Under the pieces are notes generated by a model, which was not told the DNA's origin, ran no database searches, and saw only the letters and a list, made by a program, of their open reading frames with translations. A DNA stretch of 62,945 bases, counting the filler, from Reticulomyxa filosa (lineage: Eukaryota; Protista; Foraminifera), in assembly GCA_000512085.1 (NCBI GenBank). It is 16 parts of 16 records of this genome, joined end to end, with 100 filler letters (N's around TTAATTAATTAA, not from the genome) between each part and the next. Parts side by side here need not be neighbours in the genome. Positions count along the whole stretch, not along the records: positions 38,643 to 42,819 come from ASPP01007928.1; positions 42,920 to 43,919 come from ASPP01039220.1; positions 44,020 to 45,535 come from ASPP01049587.1; positions 45,636 to 60,140 come from ASPP01018425.1; 12 more parts are not named here. One strand, 5' to 3'. Shown in pieces: positions 39,172 through 50,765 of this stretch (positions within the stretch are counted from its first letter, which is position 1; the number at the start of each line of letters is the position of its first letter). Both the position numbers and the translations under genes were made by a program.

Positions 39172-40290
39172 ACACAATCTCTTTATTTCTTTTCATCTTT
39201 TGTTCTTTCAACAAGTAATCAAATGTGTTTTTTGTAAATTATTTCTTTTGGTTTTTGATTTTCATAATGTCTATTAAAAATACTGTAAACACATTTTTGA
39301 AAAAAAATATTAATTCAAATAATTTTTTAATTTGCAAATAAACACGTTTAATTCAAGTTGCGAAAATGCGATAACTGGATAATAGGTTTGTAGCACTCCG
39401 TATTAATGTATATATTTCAATTAAAATTTTCTAATTTTGAAAAGTGTTTCAAATTCCAATTAAAAATATCATTTATATTGTAATTTATTAATTTCAAATA
39501 TTTTAATTAAAATTATAACGCAAAAAACAAGCAAAAAAATCAATAAGCAAAATACTAATGTTATGTGGTAATTAAAATGTTGCAATTGACAAAAAATTGT
39601 AAAAAAAACAAATTTGTTTTGAAACACTTGAAGATTTTTGACTAGAAAATCGATAATTCATAAGATGTCATGACTTTTATTGTACATGTATTTTTATTTT
39701 TAAATTTCACGCATATTAATACAAAGTACAAAAGTTTACATCGTGATTGAGATGTTGTAACATATATACAGTAGAATGCAAAGTAAAGTTGACACCTAAA
39801 AAGTCTAATGCTAATTTTGCATTGATTCTCTAAAAGAAATATCACGAAATTACATTTTTACTTAACGATTATAACGTTTCAAATTCATGGAATCAAACAG
39901 TGGTTTATATAAATTAATTTGCCAACTGGCTGAATGAATATTATTGTGTTAATTGCCCTGTTAATTTTAAGATTATTTTCTCTTTTTGGTTAATCTCTAC
40001 TTGTTCAAATACAGTGAACAAGAAAACTTTTGGTTGGAGCTCTTATAATTTGATTGAAATCAGAATGAAAATAAAAGATATATGATTTTAAGACCTTTTT
40101 AATGATAGCACAAGACAAATTTCAATATGCTTGGATCGGTGTACTCGATTTTTGTGTATTCTCAACTGAATCCTTTCAGTATAAAAGGATTTCTCGTTTG
40201 ACTCCACAAATTCTTTTGCAAGAGATTGCAAAAGAGAATATTAGTATTAGCAAGCAGAAATCTGTGCTTTTTTGATCAAAAGACGAGCTG

Positions 40291-41193
40291 ATGGGCAACA
40301 AGTTTTCCAAGAAACCAAAAAAAAGCACATCTGTAGTGAAAGAGAAAAGAAGAAAAAAAGATTTTCCTTTAAAAGAGCAAGAGTCAACAACAGGTTGGAG
40401 AGTAACAAAGGAGCATCGAGCAGCTGTAGAAGAGATATTCTTGCGTTATCACTTGCAAGACGTACTGGACATAGTTTTCTTAATACTCGGAGAACAAGAC
40501 AATGTTCAAGTATATTGTAGTTTGACGCGCCCAGACCTTTATGGCATCAATAACGACAATACTCTTTCGAGGAACTACTATATATGTCCTGACTGGCTCA
40601 AGTTTCAAATTATTATCCTTTTTGTTATGTATATTTTCCAAAAAAAAGTTCAAACGTAATTGAATAGAGAAAAACAAAAGATTATGATAACAATAATGGG
40701 GACTCGAGATGGCATGTCAGAACTCTGGTTTGACCTTCTGAAAATTTGGCATTTTGGAAAAAATGATGTTGCAATTGAGGATCAGTTTATCAAATGCATG
40801 CAATTGAACAATGATCACAATTGTTACGTCGAAATCATGGACGTTGCTATGCAAGAGGAATTTCTTGGAGTTAGAGATCAATATATTCGCAGTTCAGATT
40901 GTGTCATCATCTCGCATAAGATACGTTCATCTATTATGCTAGAACATGAAATCGAAAAGCATCTATCAAGGATTCGTCGTTTTCAAGATGTTACCACGAT
41001 CGTTGCAGGGACAGATACTGAGTTGAGGGACACTAACCCTTTAGAGTATCAAAAATGTTTAGCTCTTATGTTTGACTGTTGTAAACGGAATAACATTTGT
41101 TATATTGAAACCTCGGGCAAAAATAATATTAATATCGAATTCTTATTTCATTTTGCTGTTTACAACGTGTGGTTTAACTCTTTTAAGGATTGA
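40291..41193 (+). CDS. N-myristoylated Ras-like protein with degenerate G motifs; intron 40602-40667
   Basis: MGNKFSKKPKK; IEDQFIK, EIMDVAMQEEFLGVRDQYIR, YIETSGKNNINIEFLF. Confidence 0.8.
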
Positions 41194-41399
41194 CTCTTTT
41201 TTGGGCTGTTGCTATCGTTTAAAATAAATTCACAAATTATATATTTTAAATTAAAGTTATAATATTGATATAAACCTATCGTAATCAATGCCGTGTTCTT
41301 AAACAATGCGTTTAAAAAGATTCAAGTATATAAACTCAATTTCTTTTCGTTGTTGAAATATAGGGCTGCCTTTCAATCTTCTTTCTGCATCATTTCAAT

Positions 41400-41700
41400 T
41401 GGTTCAGAACGTACTGAGGAGATACCCACAAAAAATGTTTTATTGGAATAGTGAAATGATGCCAAGTCGCAAAAACATTACACGGTTTAATTGAAATTTT
41501 TGTGTTGTCCAATCCATGGATAACACGATCGGATATGGGATATCATACAGAAAAACAATTGAAAAAAGTGGATAACATTATATGATATCCAAATTAGATA
41601 GCAGGTGCGCAATTATTTCAGACAGATAAACTATTTTCCTGTCTTTGTAGGATTAGATGATTGTCTCAAAACTAAAGTGCTTCCAAGTAATACGAAAGCT
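41400..41700 (+). pseudogene. WD40 remnant
   Basis: tccatggataacacgatcggatatgggatatc reads as frameshifted SMDNTIRIWDI followed by TEKQL. Confidence 0.4.
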
Positions 41701-41980
41701 GACATTTTTAAGTAAATTTCAGTAAAGAGAAATTAAAATTAAGAGAATAAGAAAAAACTATAATAAAATTGGAGTCTTGTTGATAATTGAAAGATTTAAA
41801 AGACGTATCTGTAGAATGCCTGTTTATTATTAAGAAATAGCATTGTCCAGTAGTTTTGCTTAATTTTGTTAGTTTTGTGAAACTCGCTGTTAATCCACAA
41901 CTCAAAGTAAGTTGCAAAGGGCCGTTAATTTTTTTTTCTCACTTTAGTTGGTTCGTCTCCGATTTTGATTACATATTGAT

Positions 41981-42501
41981 ATGGTATGTTATATTTTGTA
42001 GCAACATTTGTACTTTCTCTGGTTTTTGTTGTAGCTTTGGTTGAAAGATTATTGTTTGTAAAAAAAAACGGACTAGGCTCAAGCAGAAACAACAACAAAG
42101 AAAGTGACAGTGAACATTCAATGGTGTGGTGGCTGAGGGTATGGTCCCAGATTCCGTGCTGCACGGGATCTGCTGGTCCAAAAATTTGGTGATAAAGTAA
42201 ATGTTGTATCACAACAAGACCCAAGTGTCACCGGGTACATAATATTTTATTATTAAAAAAATGAAAAATAAAATTAATAAACTTAGTGATGTATTTAATG
42301 TTATAGAAATTTTGAAATAAAGGTCAATGGGGTTTTGGTTCATTCTAAGAAGACAAAAGGACATGGCTTTTTACATGACAACAAAGATCAACAAAAAGTC
42401 GTCTTTGAAGCCATTGGTATGTTATTTTTTTAAATTAAAAAATTTTATGTGAGAATAATTAATTCATTGTTTTTTTAATTATAGAAAAAGCGTTGCAATA
42501 A
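41981..42501 (+). CDS. SELENOW: selenoprotein W (Rdx family), 95 aa; exons 41981-41983, 42077-42234, 42307-42416, 42485-42501; Sec TGA 42134-42136
   Basis: Spliced product MAQAETTTKKVTVNIQWCGGUGYGPRFRAARDLLVQKFGDKVNVVSQQDPSVTGNFEIKVNGVLVHSKKTKGHGFLHDNKDQQKVVFEAIEKALQ*; CxxU plus TGxFE..NG..HSKK signature; all introns GT-AG; 288 nt in frame; SECIS downstream. Confidence 0.95.
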
Positions 42502-42658
42502 GAAATTTTAAAAACCAGACGACGTTTTGGAGTACAAAAAACTCGACCATTAGAAATTTATTTTTTCTACTTTTTGGCTGCAATTTCGATTTCAAGAAGA
42601 TTATACTTCATTTTAAGAGAAATGTTTTACTTTAAAAAGACAAAAAGCGCACACACAA

Positions 42659-42719
42659 AGGAATTGATGATTTGGTGATGTCATTCAATATTTTTGTATG
42701 ACATTACCAATGATTTTCT
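42659..42719 (+). promoter_or_regulatory. SECIS element in the 3' UTR of selenoprotein W
   Basis: AUGAU core 42667-42671; 13-bp helix uuggugaugucau/augacauuaccaa; apical loop containing AA; 3' UGAU 42711-42714; lower helix aggaa/uuucu. Confidence 0.9.
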
Positions 42720-43746
42720 ATTATTTCAAAAAAAAATATTTTTTTTTGTTTTGTGGCTTTGCTTTTGAAGTGGAGTGTACGTTTTTTGATATTGATTTGT
42801 CCCTAAAAAGATTCCGTTTNNNNNNNNNNNNNNNNNNNNNNNNNNNNNNNNNNNNNNNNNNNNTTAATTAATTAANNNNNNNNNNNNNNNNNNNNNNNNN
42901 NNNNNNNNNNNNNNNNNNNCAAAATGCTAAATGCAAAAAAATTTTTACTTCAAATTACCCCTCAAAATACAATTTCATCACAAAATTTGTACTTTCAATT
43001 GCAAAAAACCATTCATTTCTTAAAACATTAAATTACATTTGATCGTGCGATTTTTCTTTAATTTTTTGCACCTATATGTATCAACACACAATCTCTTTTG
43101 TCATTTTTCTTCAATTATTGCATCAATTAGCAAAACAAAAAAATCAGAAACACAGGTGAATATGTTCATCTCTTTTCTTCAGTAAGTAAAAGGGCTTAGT
43201 CATCTTTTTAAATGAAAAAAAGGTGGGAAAAACAAGCTTAACTCTCAAAAATTAAACGAAAATTCGCAATGTTTCAGCCACTCGTACAACTTTGCTAGTC
43301 GTCGAGACCAAAGTTTTAAGCTTTCAAGAGTAGCAAGGAATGTACGTGACATCATAAATAAAAAGACAAAAAGCAACAAACAAAAACTAAATTCTTTAAG
43401 TGTTATTTAGACATCACAAAACTAACTCAAACTTTTGAAAAAGAGTTTCAAAAAAGTCTTGACAGAAACCTTTCGACACTAAAAAAAAGGGAGGTATTAC
43501 TTGTTCACGTGGGACTACTTTGAGCATATATTTTATTAAAATTTTGAATGAAGAAACAAAAAATTTCATAAAAAGTATTGTAAATCGTGAAATCATCAAA
43601 AAATGTTGCCTTTGAAATAAAACACGCTAAGGTTGTCCTCCTTTAAGTTTTTCTTAAAAAAGAAAAGAAAGTCCGAATGGATTTGAGATGAAGATATGAT
43701 TGCACACAACACGTATGTTTTGTTTTATCCCAAAAAAAAAACTCGA

Positions 43747-43919
43747 TTAATGTAATATTCTGTCCAAAAGCATTCCCTTTTCATGCATTTCTTGTAACAG
43801 ATCTGTTTCCAAATATCCTCCTTCAAAGCACTCATCAAAGTATTTGTAAATGTCACGTTTCTGAGTGAGGGTCATATCGGGAGTGGTCAGCCTCTTTTCG
43901 ACAAAGCAAATGACCAGTC
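43747..43919 (-). CDS. terminal exon of unknown protein
   Basis: LVICFVEKRLTTPDMTLTQKRDIYKYFDECFEGGYLETDLLQEMHEKGMLLDRILH*. Confidence 0.45.
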
Positions 43920-44139
43920 NNNNNNNNNNNNNNNNNNNNNNNNNNNNNNNNNNNNNNNNNNNNTTAATTAATTAANNNNNNNNNNNNNNNNNNNNNNNNN
44001 NNNNNNNNNNNNNNNNNNNTATACGTACTCGAATCGATTTTTCTTCCATTTCAGATTCTGTTTATTTATTTGTTTATTTGTTTTTTACGAAATAAGTGAA
44101 TACGTATACACAAAATATATAACAATAGTTTCACGAAAC

Positions 44140-44577
44140 ACGTGCATCTCCATTAAGCAAGGTAACCGATAATCCACGTTCATCAGCGTTGTTACTGATA
44201 ACGCAATGATGCATTTCTTGACATACACGTAACGCGTAATCAACATGGGTGTAAGCAATTAAAGCCACCATTTCTGTACTTGTCCATCCTTTAGATTCTC
44301 TTTATCTGATCAGTTTTTTTTAAAAAAATATTCTACATATATTCAAAATACAAATTCTTGTTGTTTGTTTGTTTGTTTTTTTTATTTCAAGAAAACTGAT
44401 TGCGGCCAAACGAGCATTTCTTGTGCTAAAAAATTGAATGAACGCAGTTGAAACCGTTGAGTCTTGCGCACATTCAATGTACAATCGCTTGATTGGACCA
44501 ATGTCGTCGAACATCTCTACAGCGTCTTTCTCCTCAAAGTCATGAGGTAAATTTGCCACTTTTACACAATAGCTCAT
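44140..44577 (-). CDS. RRM-domain RNA-binding protein, partial
   Basis: RNP2-like VKVANLP, IGPIKRLYI, RNP1-like TAFIQFFSTRNARLA; second exon 44140-44306. Confidence 0.7.
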
Positions 44578-45025
44578 GTTCTCTACTTGCTTTTAGTGTA
44601 TAGTACCAAAATTTACTTTGTCAAGATTAGTTCAAATTGCTCGGCCTATCTTCAAAAAAAAACAAAAAAACTTCTTTCTCTACCCAAACCATATAGTGCA
44701 TTTGACGACTAGTTTACAAAGTGTTGAAAAAGTGAAAGGATACAAATGGAATGTTGTCAAATTTCATATTACCATGATCATTACCAAATGGAAGTTTTGC
44801 AGGATAAACAACTTTTGCATCAACAAAGAAAAAACAAACAAATAAAAAAAAAAGGTAATGCTACACCAAAGAAAAAAAAAACACACACACACGACTAAAA
44901 AAAGGCAAGCACCACATGATCTATGTCTACTTTTCAAAAAAAAAGACCAGACTATGCACAGAGTGCAGACAAGAAAGGCAGAGAGAAGAAAGAAGAGTCA
45001 AAAAGGTTGTTGCATTCAGTGTTTA

Positions 45026-45452
45026 TCACAAATGGACACCATAAACTTCATAATTGACGATTTTGAACTTTTGAGCACCGCACAAGTAGTCAGCCTTGTC
45101 TTTGCCCACAAATGTGCTATAACTTGCTGGAAAGTTTGACCACGAGCGTTTGCTGGTGTTCGCAGCATCTTTCACCACGATATCTCGACCATAGCCAAAA
45201 GTGGGACCTGTTCAATTACATGTGGATATACATATATGTAAATCTATACAATATATATACATAAATATACAAAACCGCAAATGGGCGAGTGAAACACAGC
45301 GCCGTGAATTTGATCAGATCGAACAGGAAATATTTGAGGTGAGTCAAGATACTTGGAAGACGCCTGATCTCCAAAGCGCAGTACAAAGATGAAGGCATGA
45401 GGATCGGAGTGGTGTCCCATATTTTCGGAGGACCAGCTGACACTGGTGTAGC
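45026..45452 (-). CDS. TLDc-domain protein, last two exons (45276-45452, 45026-45207)
   Basis: GYTSVSWSS..SDPHAFIFVL..AVFHSPIC|GPTFGYGRDIVV..SWSNFPASY..LCGAQKFKIVNYEVY; not shown in this frame in the ORF track. Confidence 0.85.
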
Positions 45453-45689
45453 CTTATAAAGACACAAATACATATCCATCCATCCATCCATACAAATTTT
45501 ACAAACAAAAAAAAAAAAACATGATCCATTAAAAANNNNNNNNNNNNNNNNNNNNNNNNNNNNNNNNNNNNNNNNNNNNTTAATTAATTAANNNNNNNNN
45601 NNNNNNNNNNNNNNNNNNNNNNNNNNNNNNNNNNNTTTTTATTATTTTATTTTAAAAAAAAAAAAAAAAAAAAACAACAATGGAAAGAC

Positions 45690-46420
45690 AGATAACATCG
45701 GGCTTTGAGCTGGACTCGCCTTTATGGTGGGCCAATCTCTTGGGTGTGCTTGCAGCTTTTTGTGGGATATATGGAGCTTACAAACGGAAACTCGAAATTG
45801 TATTTGTCGTTAAGTATATACATATAGTATGTACGTATCTGTATGCACATATGCATATTTGTGTGTGTGTGATGTGCATATGACAATAACGTATATGAAA
45901 TGAAATGTAATGTAACGGCATACATATTATCGTACCAAATAATGATATATGGTCACAATTCTAGTATTTGACGATGCTTGTGTTAGAATTTCTTAAAAAC
46001 ATTGGCGCAATTTCTGTGTACACAAAAAATGGGTGTGGCTCTCATTGTGGTTTGTTACTGGGTGTCATGTTGTTGGAAGAAATTATCGTTTTGGTTAGTA
46101 CTCTTATCATTCCTAAACTTTGTTTGCATTTTGTTTGTTGGGAAAATATGGACGAAGAGACTGTGTTTGGATTGACGTTTGTGTGTGTATGTGTGTGCGT
46201 AGCCTTGGTCACTATATTGTGCCTATTATCTAAAGCAATCGATACGAGCAGACAAAATCACCTCTGGCTGAGAACACACGGTACGTTATGGATTGTATCG
46301 TTATTCACATTCATTTGCTACCTCAAAAAAAAATAAATCTTGCTAACGTCCATTTACAATTATTACGTGTGTCTATTCAATTCCTTATATGTTTGAAACT
46401 TGTATAGGCTCGAATAACTG
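45690..46420 (+). CDS. multi-pass membrane protein, multi-exon, partial
   Basis: Hydrophobic exons WWANLLGVLAAFCGIYGAYKRK, LTMLVLEFLKNIG, LLLGVMLLEEIIVL. Confidence 0.5.
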
Positions 46421-47098
46421 ACTCCATTCTAGGGGTAATAAATACAATGCTTCGTAATTTTTTTTTTATTTATTTCGTTCTTTCTACCTACCTTCTGACA
46501 TGTTAGAGACAAAAACGCAATCTTTTTGTCAACACTTTTCATATCATAATCCTTTCTCTCTGTCTAGCTGCTCTGCGAACAAAGGGAGAAAAAGCTGAAG
46601 CTTCACAAATGTTTTTCTTTTTTCAAAACAACGAAAATATATGTACCTCTTTAAACAGCTGCGTTATTCCTGACTTGAAAAAATCAAGTTTTTAGTTACA
46701 CAACTGCACATATTTTCATAAAAAATAAATTTATCAAATAAACTTTACCTATTTAGTATCACTGCCCCCTTTTCAAAGGTCTTGTTTTTGAGAATTTATG
46801 TCAACTTTTTAATTAAAACGGTCTACAATTTTTTGATAAATAATATTGGCACCTAGGTTTAGGCTTTGTAGATTAAATTTGAGCTTAATTTTTAAAAGAA
46901 AAACACATAATGTGCAAGATCGTAGATATGAGAATACTTTTTTTTTGAAAGAAAAATCTGCCACGCTTGGAAGTGATGCTGTTATGAAAGGGATATGTAT
47001 TAAATAGAGAATAGAACAATTAGTTCTTGAAAACAAAAGCCAAACGTGTCAAGCTTGTCGTTTCCTTGCAAAAAAAAAAAGTGATAACATTCAAATTG

Positions 47099-48457
47099 AT
47101 GTCAACATTATCTCAAGCCCCATTGGAATATCTTTTGCATATCTCTGAAACATTATCAACTGGTACAGCATTAGCTTCAAATGAACTTGCATCAATAGCT
47201 AAGCAAATAAAAGATCTAGTAATCGCAAATCCAGCCATTGTGAATCAAAAAGTCTCGTTGTCTCCGTCTAGTTCGAAAGCGAAAAGCAGTCAGTTGGTAT
47301 TATTACATTATATGCAACCACTTTCCCTTCATGACTTGAGATCACTGAACAGCGTATGGATCGGGAATCACCGATATCTGTACGACTATCTGTTATGCTA
47401 TGGTGACGTGGACACAGACCTTTACAATAGCGCTGAAGAAGGCATTATTTTATTGCGTTCTGTTAAGAAACAAATTTATGAACATAAATACAAATAACAA
47501 ATAAGCGAATATTTGTATTTATTTGTATTTGTATGTCTATCTCTATTTTTGTGCAACATGGACCCCCCCCCTCCTTCTCCCTCTGTCTCGCACTTGATGT
47601 GGTTCATATAAAACATATGTGGGTATTTGTTTGCAACAGCTAATCAACACTTTTTTGGGAGAGGATGAGAAATTGACCCATTTTCTGAAAATTGTGTTAT
47701 CCAAAGGTTTGGTGGATGTGAATATGTCGTGGGAAGCACGTTCATTTCAAGGCATTGAGCGCCAATGGGTGTTAACGTACGTTTGCAAAATATTGTCGAA
47801 ATTCAAATCGAATCGAGTGGTGACATTACTGATCCAAAATGGAGCCTCAATATTGGAATTTGCATTTGACAAGGGATTGATTTCAATTACGGAGAAGGAA
47901 TATTGGCTGCAAGAGCGCAATGCAGTGCAAAAGGCGTATCAGCATAGTGATCGCAACGTAACAACGTATCTCCGACAGAGTCTGCAACAGCTTTAGGATT
48001 CATGTGCAATGAAAAGAAAGAGCAAGTGTTTCAAAAGCTATGGCTACTCTTAATTTTGCCTTCCAACTTTTTAAATGATAGCAAAGAGCTATATGAGAGC
48101 ATTGTGACGCAGGTCAAAAATACTCGATTTCGTAGGGAGTTTTTACTTACGTATAAAGTTCAGAGTGTTGTGGCTGAGAATGAAGATAATGCCAAATATA
48201 ACGAGAGTTTGCCCATTGAACTCATTGACATGATTTTGTCTTATAGCGTGGAGGACCATAACGATGTTATTGGGTTCACGGAATGGCTTATGAAAAAATT
48301 TGGCAAGAGAATGGGAATTGAATATTCGCCGTTGACCATGGACTCCAATACAGAACTTCCACGGGCCGAAATGTCGCTGCCCGAAACGGAGCCAAAAAAA
48401 GATCCAAAAAACACTCGTGTAATAACCACCTCTTCTTGGAAATGTATTGTGTTGTGA
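47099..48457 (+). CDS. ankyrin-like repeat protein with C-terminal F-box-like motif and CaaX (CIVL); apparent frameshift near 47951-47996
   Basis: FLKIVLSKGLVDVN and VVTLLIQNGASI (ankyrin-like); LPIELIDMILSY; WKCIVL-stop. Confidence 0.6.
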
Positions 48458-48909
48458 ACTCTGCCAATAGAGGGTAAATGCACTCTGGGCAACTTGGAGT
48501 CTATACACTGTGCTTAAGAAATGTAAAGGGAAAATAACGGTCCAAAAACTATTATTTTCCATACGGACAATTTCAGTTGTAAAACTTTCGTGTTTTACTT
48601 CAAATCTGATCCTTCACGCGTTTACACTCTTTTCCTTGTCATAATTCGAAACTTTGCAACAATTTGTTTCAATCTTTAAAAAATTTCAATATATCAGCAA
48701 TTCTAAGGTTTCAAACTTTATAACTTATAAAAAATGTTATCGAGGCATTAATGAAATGGAAAGAAGATAAAAAAAGATTAACCTCAAATAACAGTTATTA
48801 GTAGACTTTTTTGTTTTGCTCAGTTAACTTAAAAAAAATTTTCCCTGGGAGTTAATTTTACCTACTGTTTGTTCCTTTTTTTCCCGTGGCATTCGTCAAG
48901 AGAAAAACT

Positions 48910-50241
48910 ATGTTACTTAGCTTAGCAAGTATTGCGGCAGTGATTGGAATTGCATTTGCACAGCAAAGTTGCACTTGGTACCATTGGGGCGACAACGACT
49001 GGGCGCCATCAAACCAAAACTTCAGCCAAAGCAAATATGCTCAAACACACGCACACAGTTATTTTGACAGCAACGACTTTGCCGAAGGTGGATACTTTTA
49101 TGGCAAAAAATGGGAGGAAGTGTTTTTTTCAAATCCTTATTATTACCGACCATTGGGATTCCGTTATGGTATCTTAGGAGCTTGGAATGTTCCAACTATT
49201 TGCATCAACGCCACCGGCGGTGGAAATTACAAAGTCGAATTAATGGTATACATGTGTATATATGTCTATACTTTTTTTTTTGTTAGTTGGATTTTTTTAG
49301 CGGTGTTTAAAAAGTCGGGTATTCGAATGCACGTATACTTTTTCATTAAAAATAAAAATGTAAATTGCATAGGCTTATTCATTCACTCCTGGAGCAAGTC
49401 TTGCGGCCAGTGATTTAGGAACTGACCCATTCAACTTGCAGGCCAACTCAGCTACCAACGTCTACGGACAATCGAAATTATACCAATGTTTCATGGCCCC
49501 AACTAATTCTCAAGCTGCATTGCTGTTAGTTTTTATTTGTATTGTGTTTGTTTTATTTTATTTAGAATCAAAAAAGGAGAAAAACAAAAACCAAAAAAAC
49601 GACGGAAGAAGAGTGAAGGACAACAAGAGGGGAACGGGAATTTGTAAATACGTATACAATAAAAGACTTGAAAAACCTTTTTTTTTTTGTAACTTGCTCT
49701 CCCCGAATCTCCTTTTTATACTCTCTTCGTCGAAACAAAGAGATGGAACACTAAAAAAAAATGTTTATTATGTGAACACAACAACGTGTGCTAATAAACA
49801 ATAACATAAAATAAACAAAACACACAAAACTTTAAAGGATATCGATTTATTGTCCTCGTGACAACTGTCAAGAAGGAGAGACCCACTTGCTGTGGAGATT
49901 GAGAAAATCTGGCTCCTCGTTCAATAACAAAGGAGGTTCGACACTGTTTTTATAATTATTTTTTGTACAAAAACTTACAAACACATCTTCTTTTTTAGAA
50001 AACAAACATATTTTAAAAACCGGACCTAAAATGATGTTTTGTTTTTTTAACAGAATTTGCAAGTGGCAACCCTGAAATGTGGTGCATGACAATTGGTAGC
50101 AATATTCAATGGCCTGATCAAATTCAAGGCGCTCCTAAGACGTACGAAAATGCAAATGCCGATGAATACAACAGCGGTGCTCTTCAAGTCTCAGTGATAC
50201 TTAGCACGTTGTTGAGCATTTTGTTCGCTCTCTTTCAATGA
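48910..50241 (+). CDS. secreted, probably GPI-anchored Cys/Trp-rich protein, 4 exons
   Basis: Signal MLLSLASIAAVIGIAFA; C-terminal NSGALQVSVILSTLLSILFALFQ*; introns about 49247-49371, 49525-49837, 49936-50053. Confidence 0.75.
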
Positions 50242-50765
50242 AAGTGTTTGATAAAAGAAAATGATGTGGTGTGCTGATGTTATCATTGCTTACCTTTTTT
50301 TTCTTCAAGAAATATCCATGCATAAATTTTAACCGTGCAACTGGAAAAGATTTGCTATATTTTTCATTTTGTGTGTTTTTTCCTTGTTTTTTTTGGGCCT
50401 TGTAAAAGTTGACGGCTGTTCTCACCGTTCGAGAACAAGATTGTAAATCCAAAAAAAAAAATCAGTTATGTTTTTAAAACCGTCACAAGCGAAATGTACG
50501 TTACATCTTGGATAATTTTGTTAGTGTGAGGTCATTTAATACTGGGTTTCTTCAAAAATTTTTCGTATACGTATCTTAAAATATGTTCCCATATGGGGGT
50601 AAGGACCCTTTTTTTTGATAAGTAAGGGATTATTCTATGGTGTTGAACGAACTATGGGTTTTTGAATTTACTCATCAAATGTGTGGGTCTCTGAATAAAG
50701 AAGCTGCGGACAAAGTGTGTAGATAGGGACTTGGACAGTGTACTAAAAAAATCTACATTAGACAC

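Noticed and set aside
41986-42192. ORF-track 68-aa membrane-like ORF and overlapping antisense ORFs
   Set aside because: Intron plus wrong-frame reading of the selenoprotein W gene.
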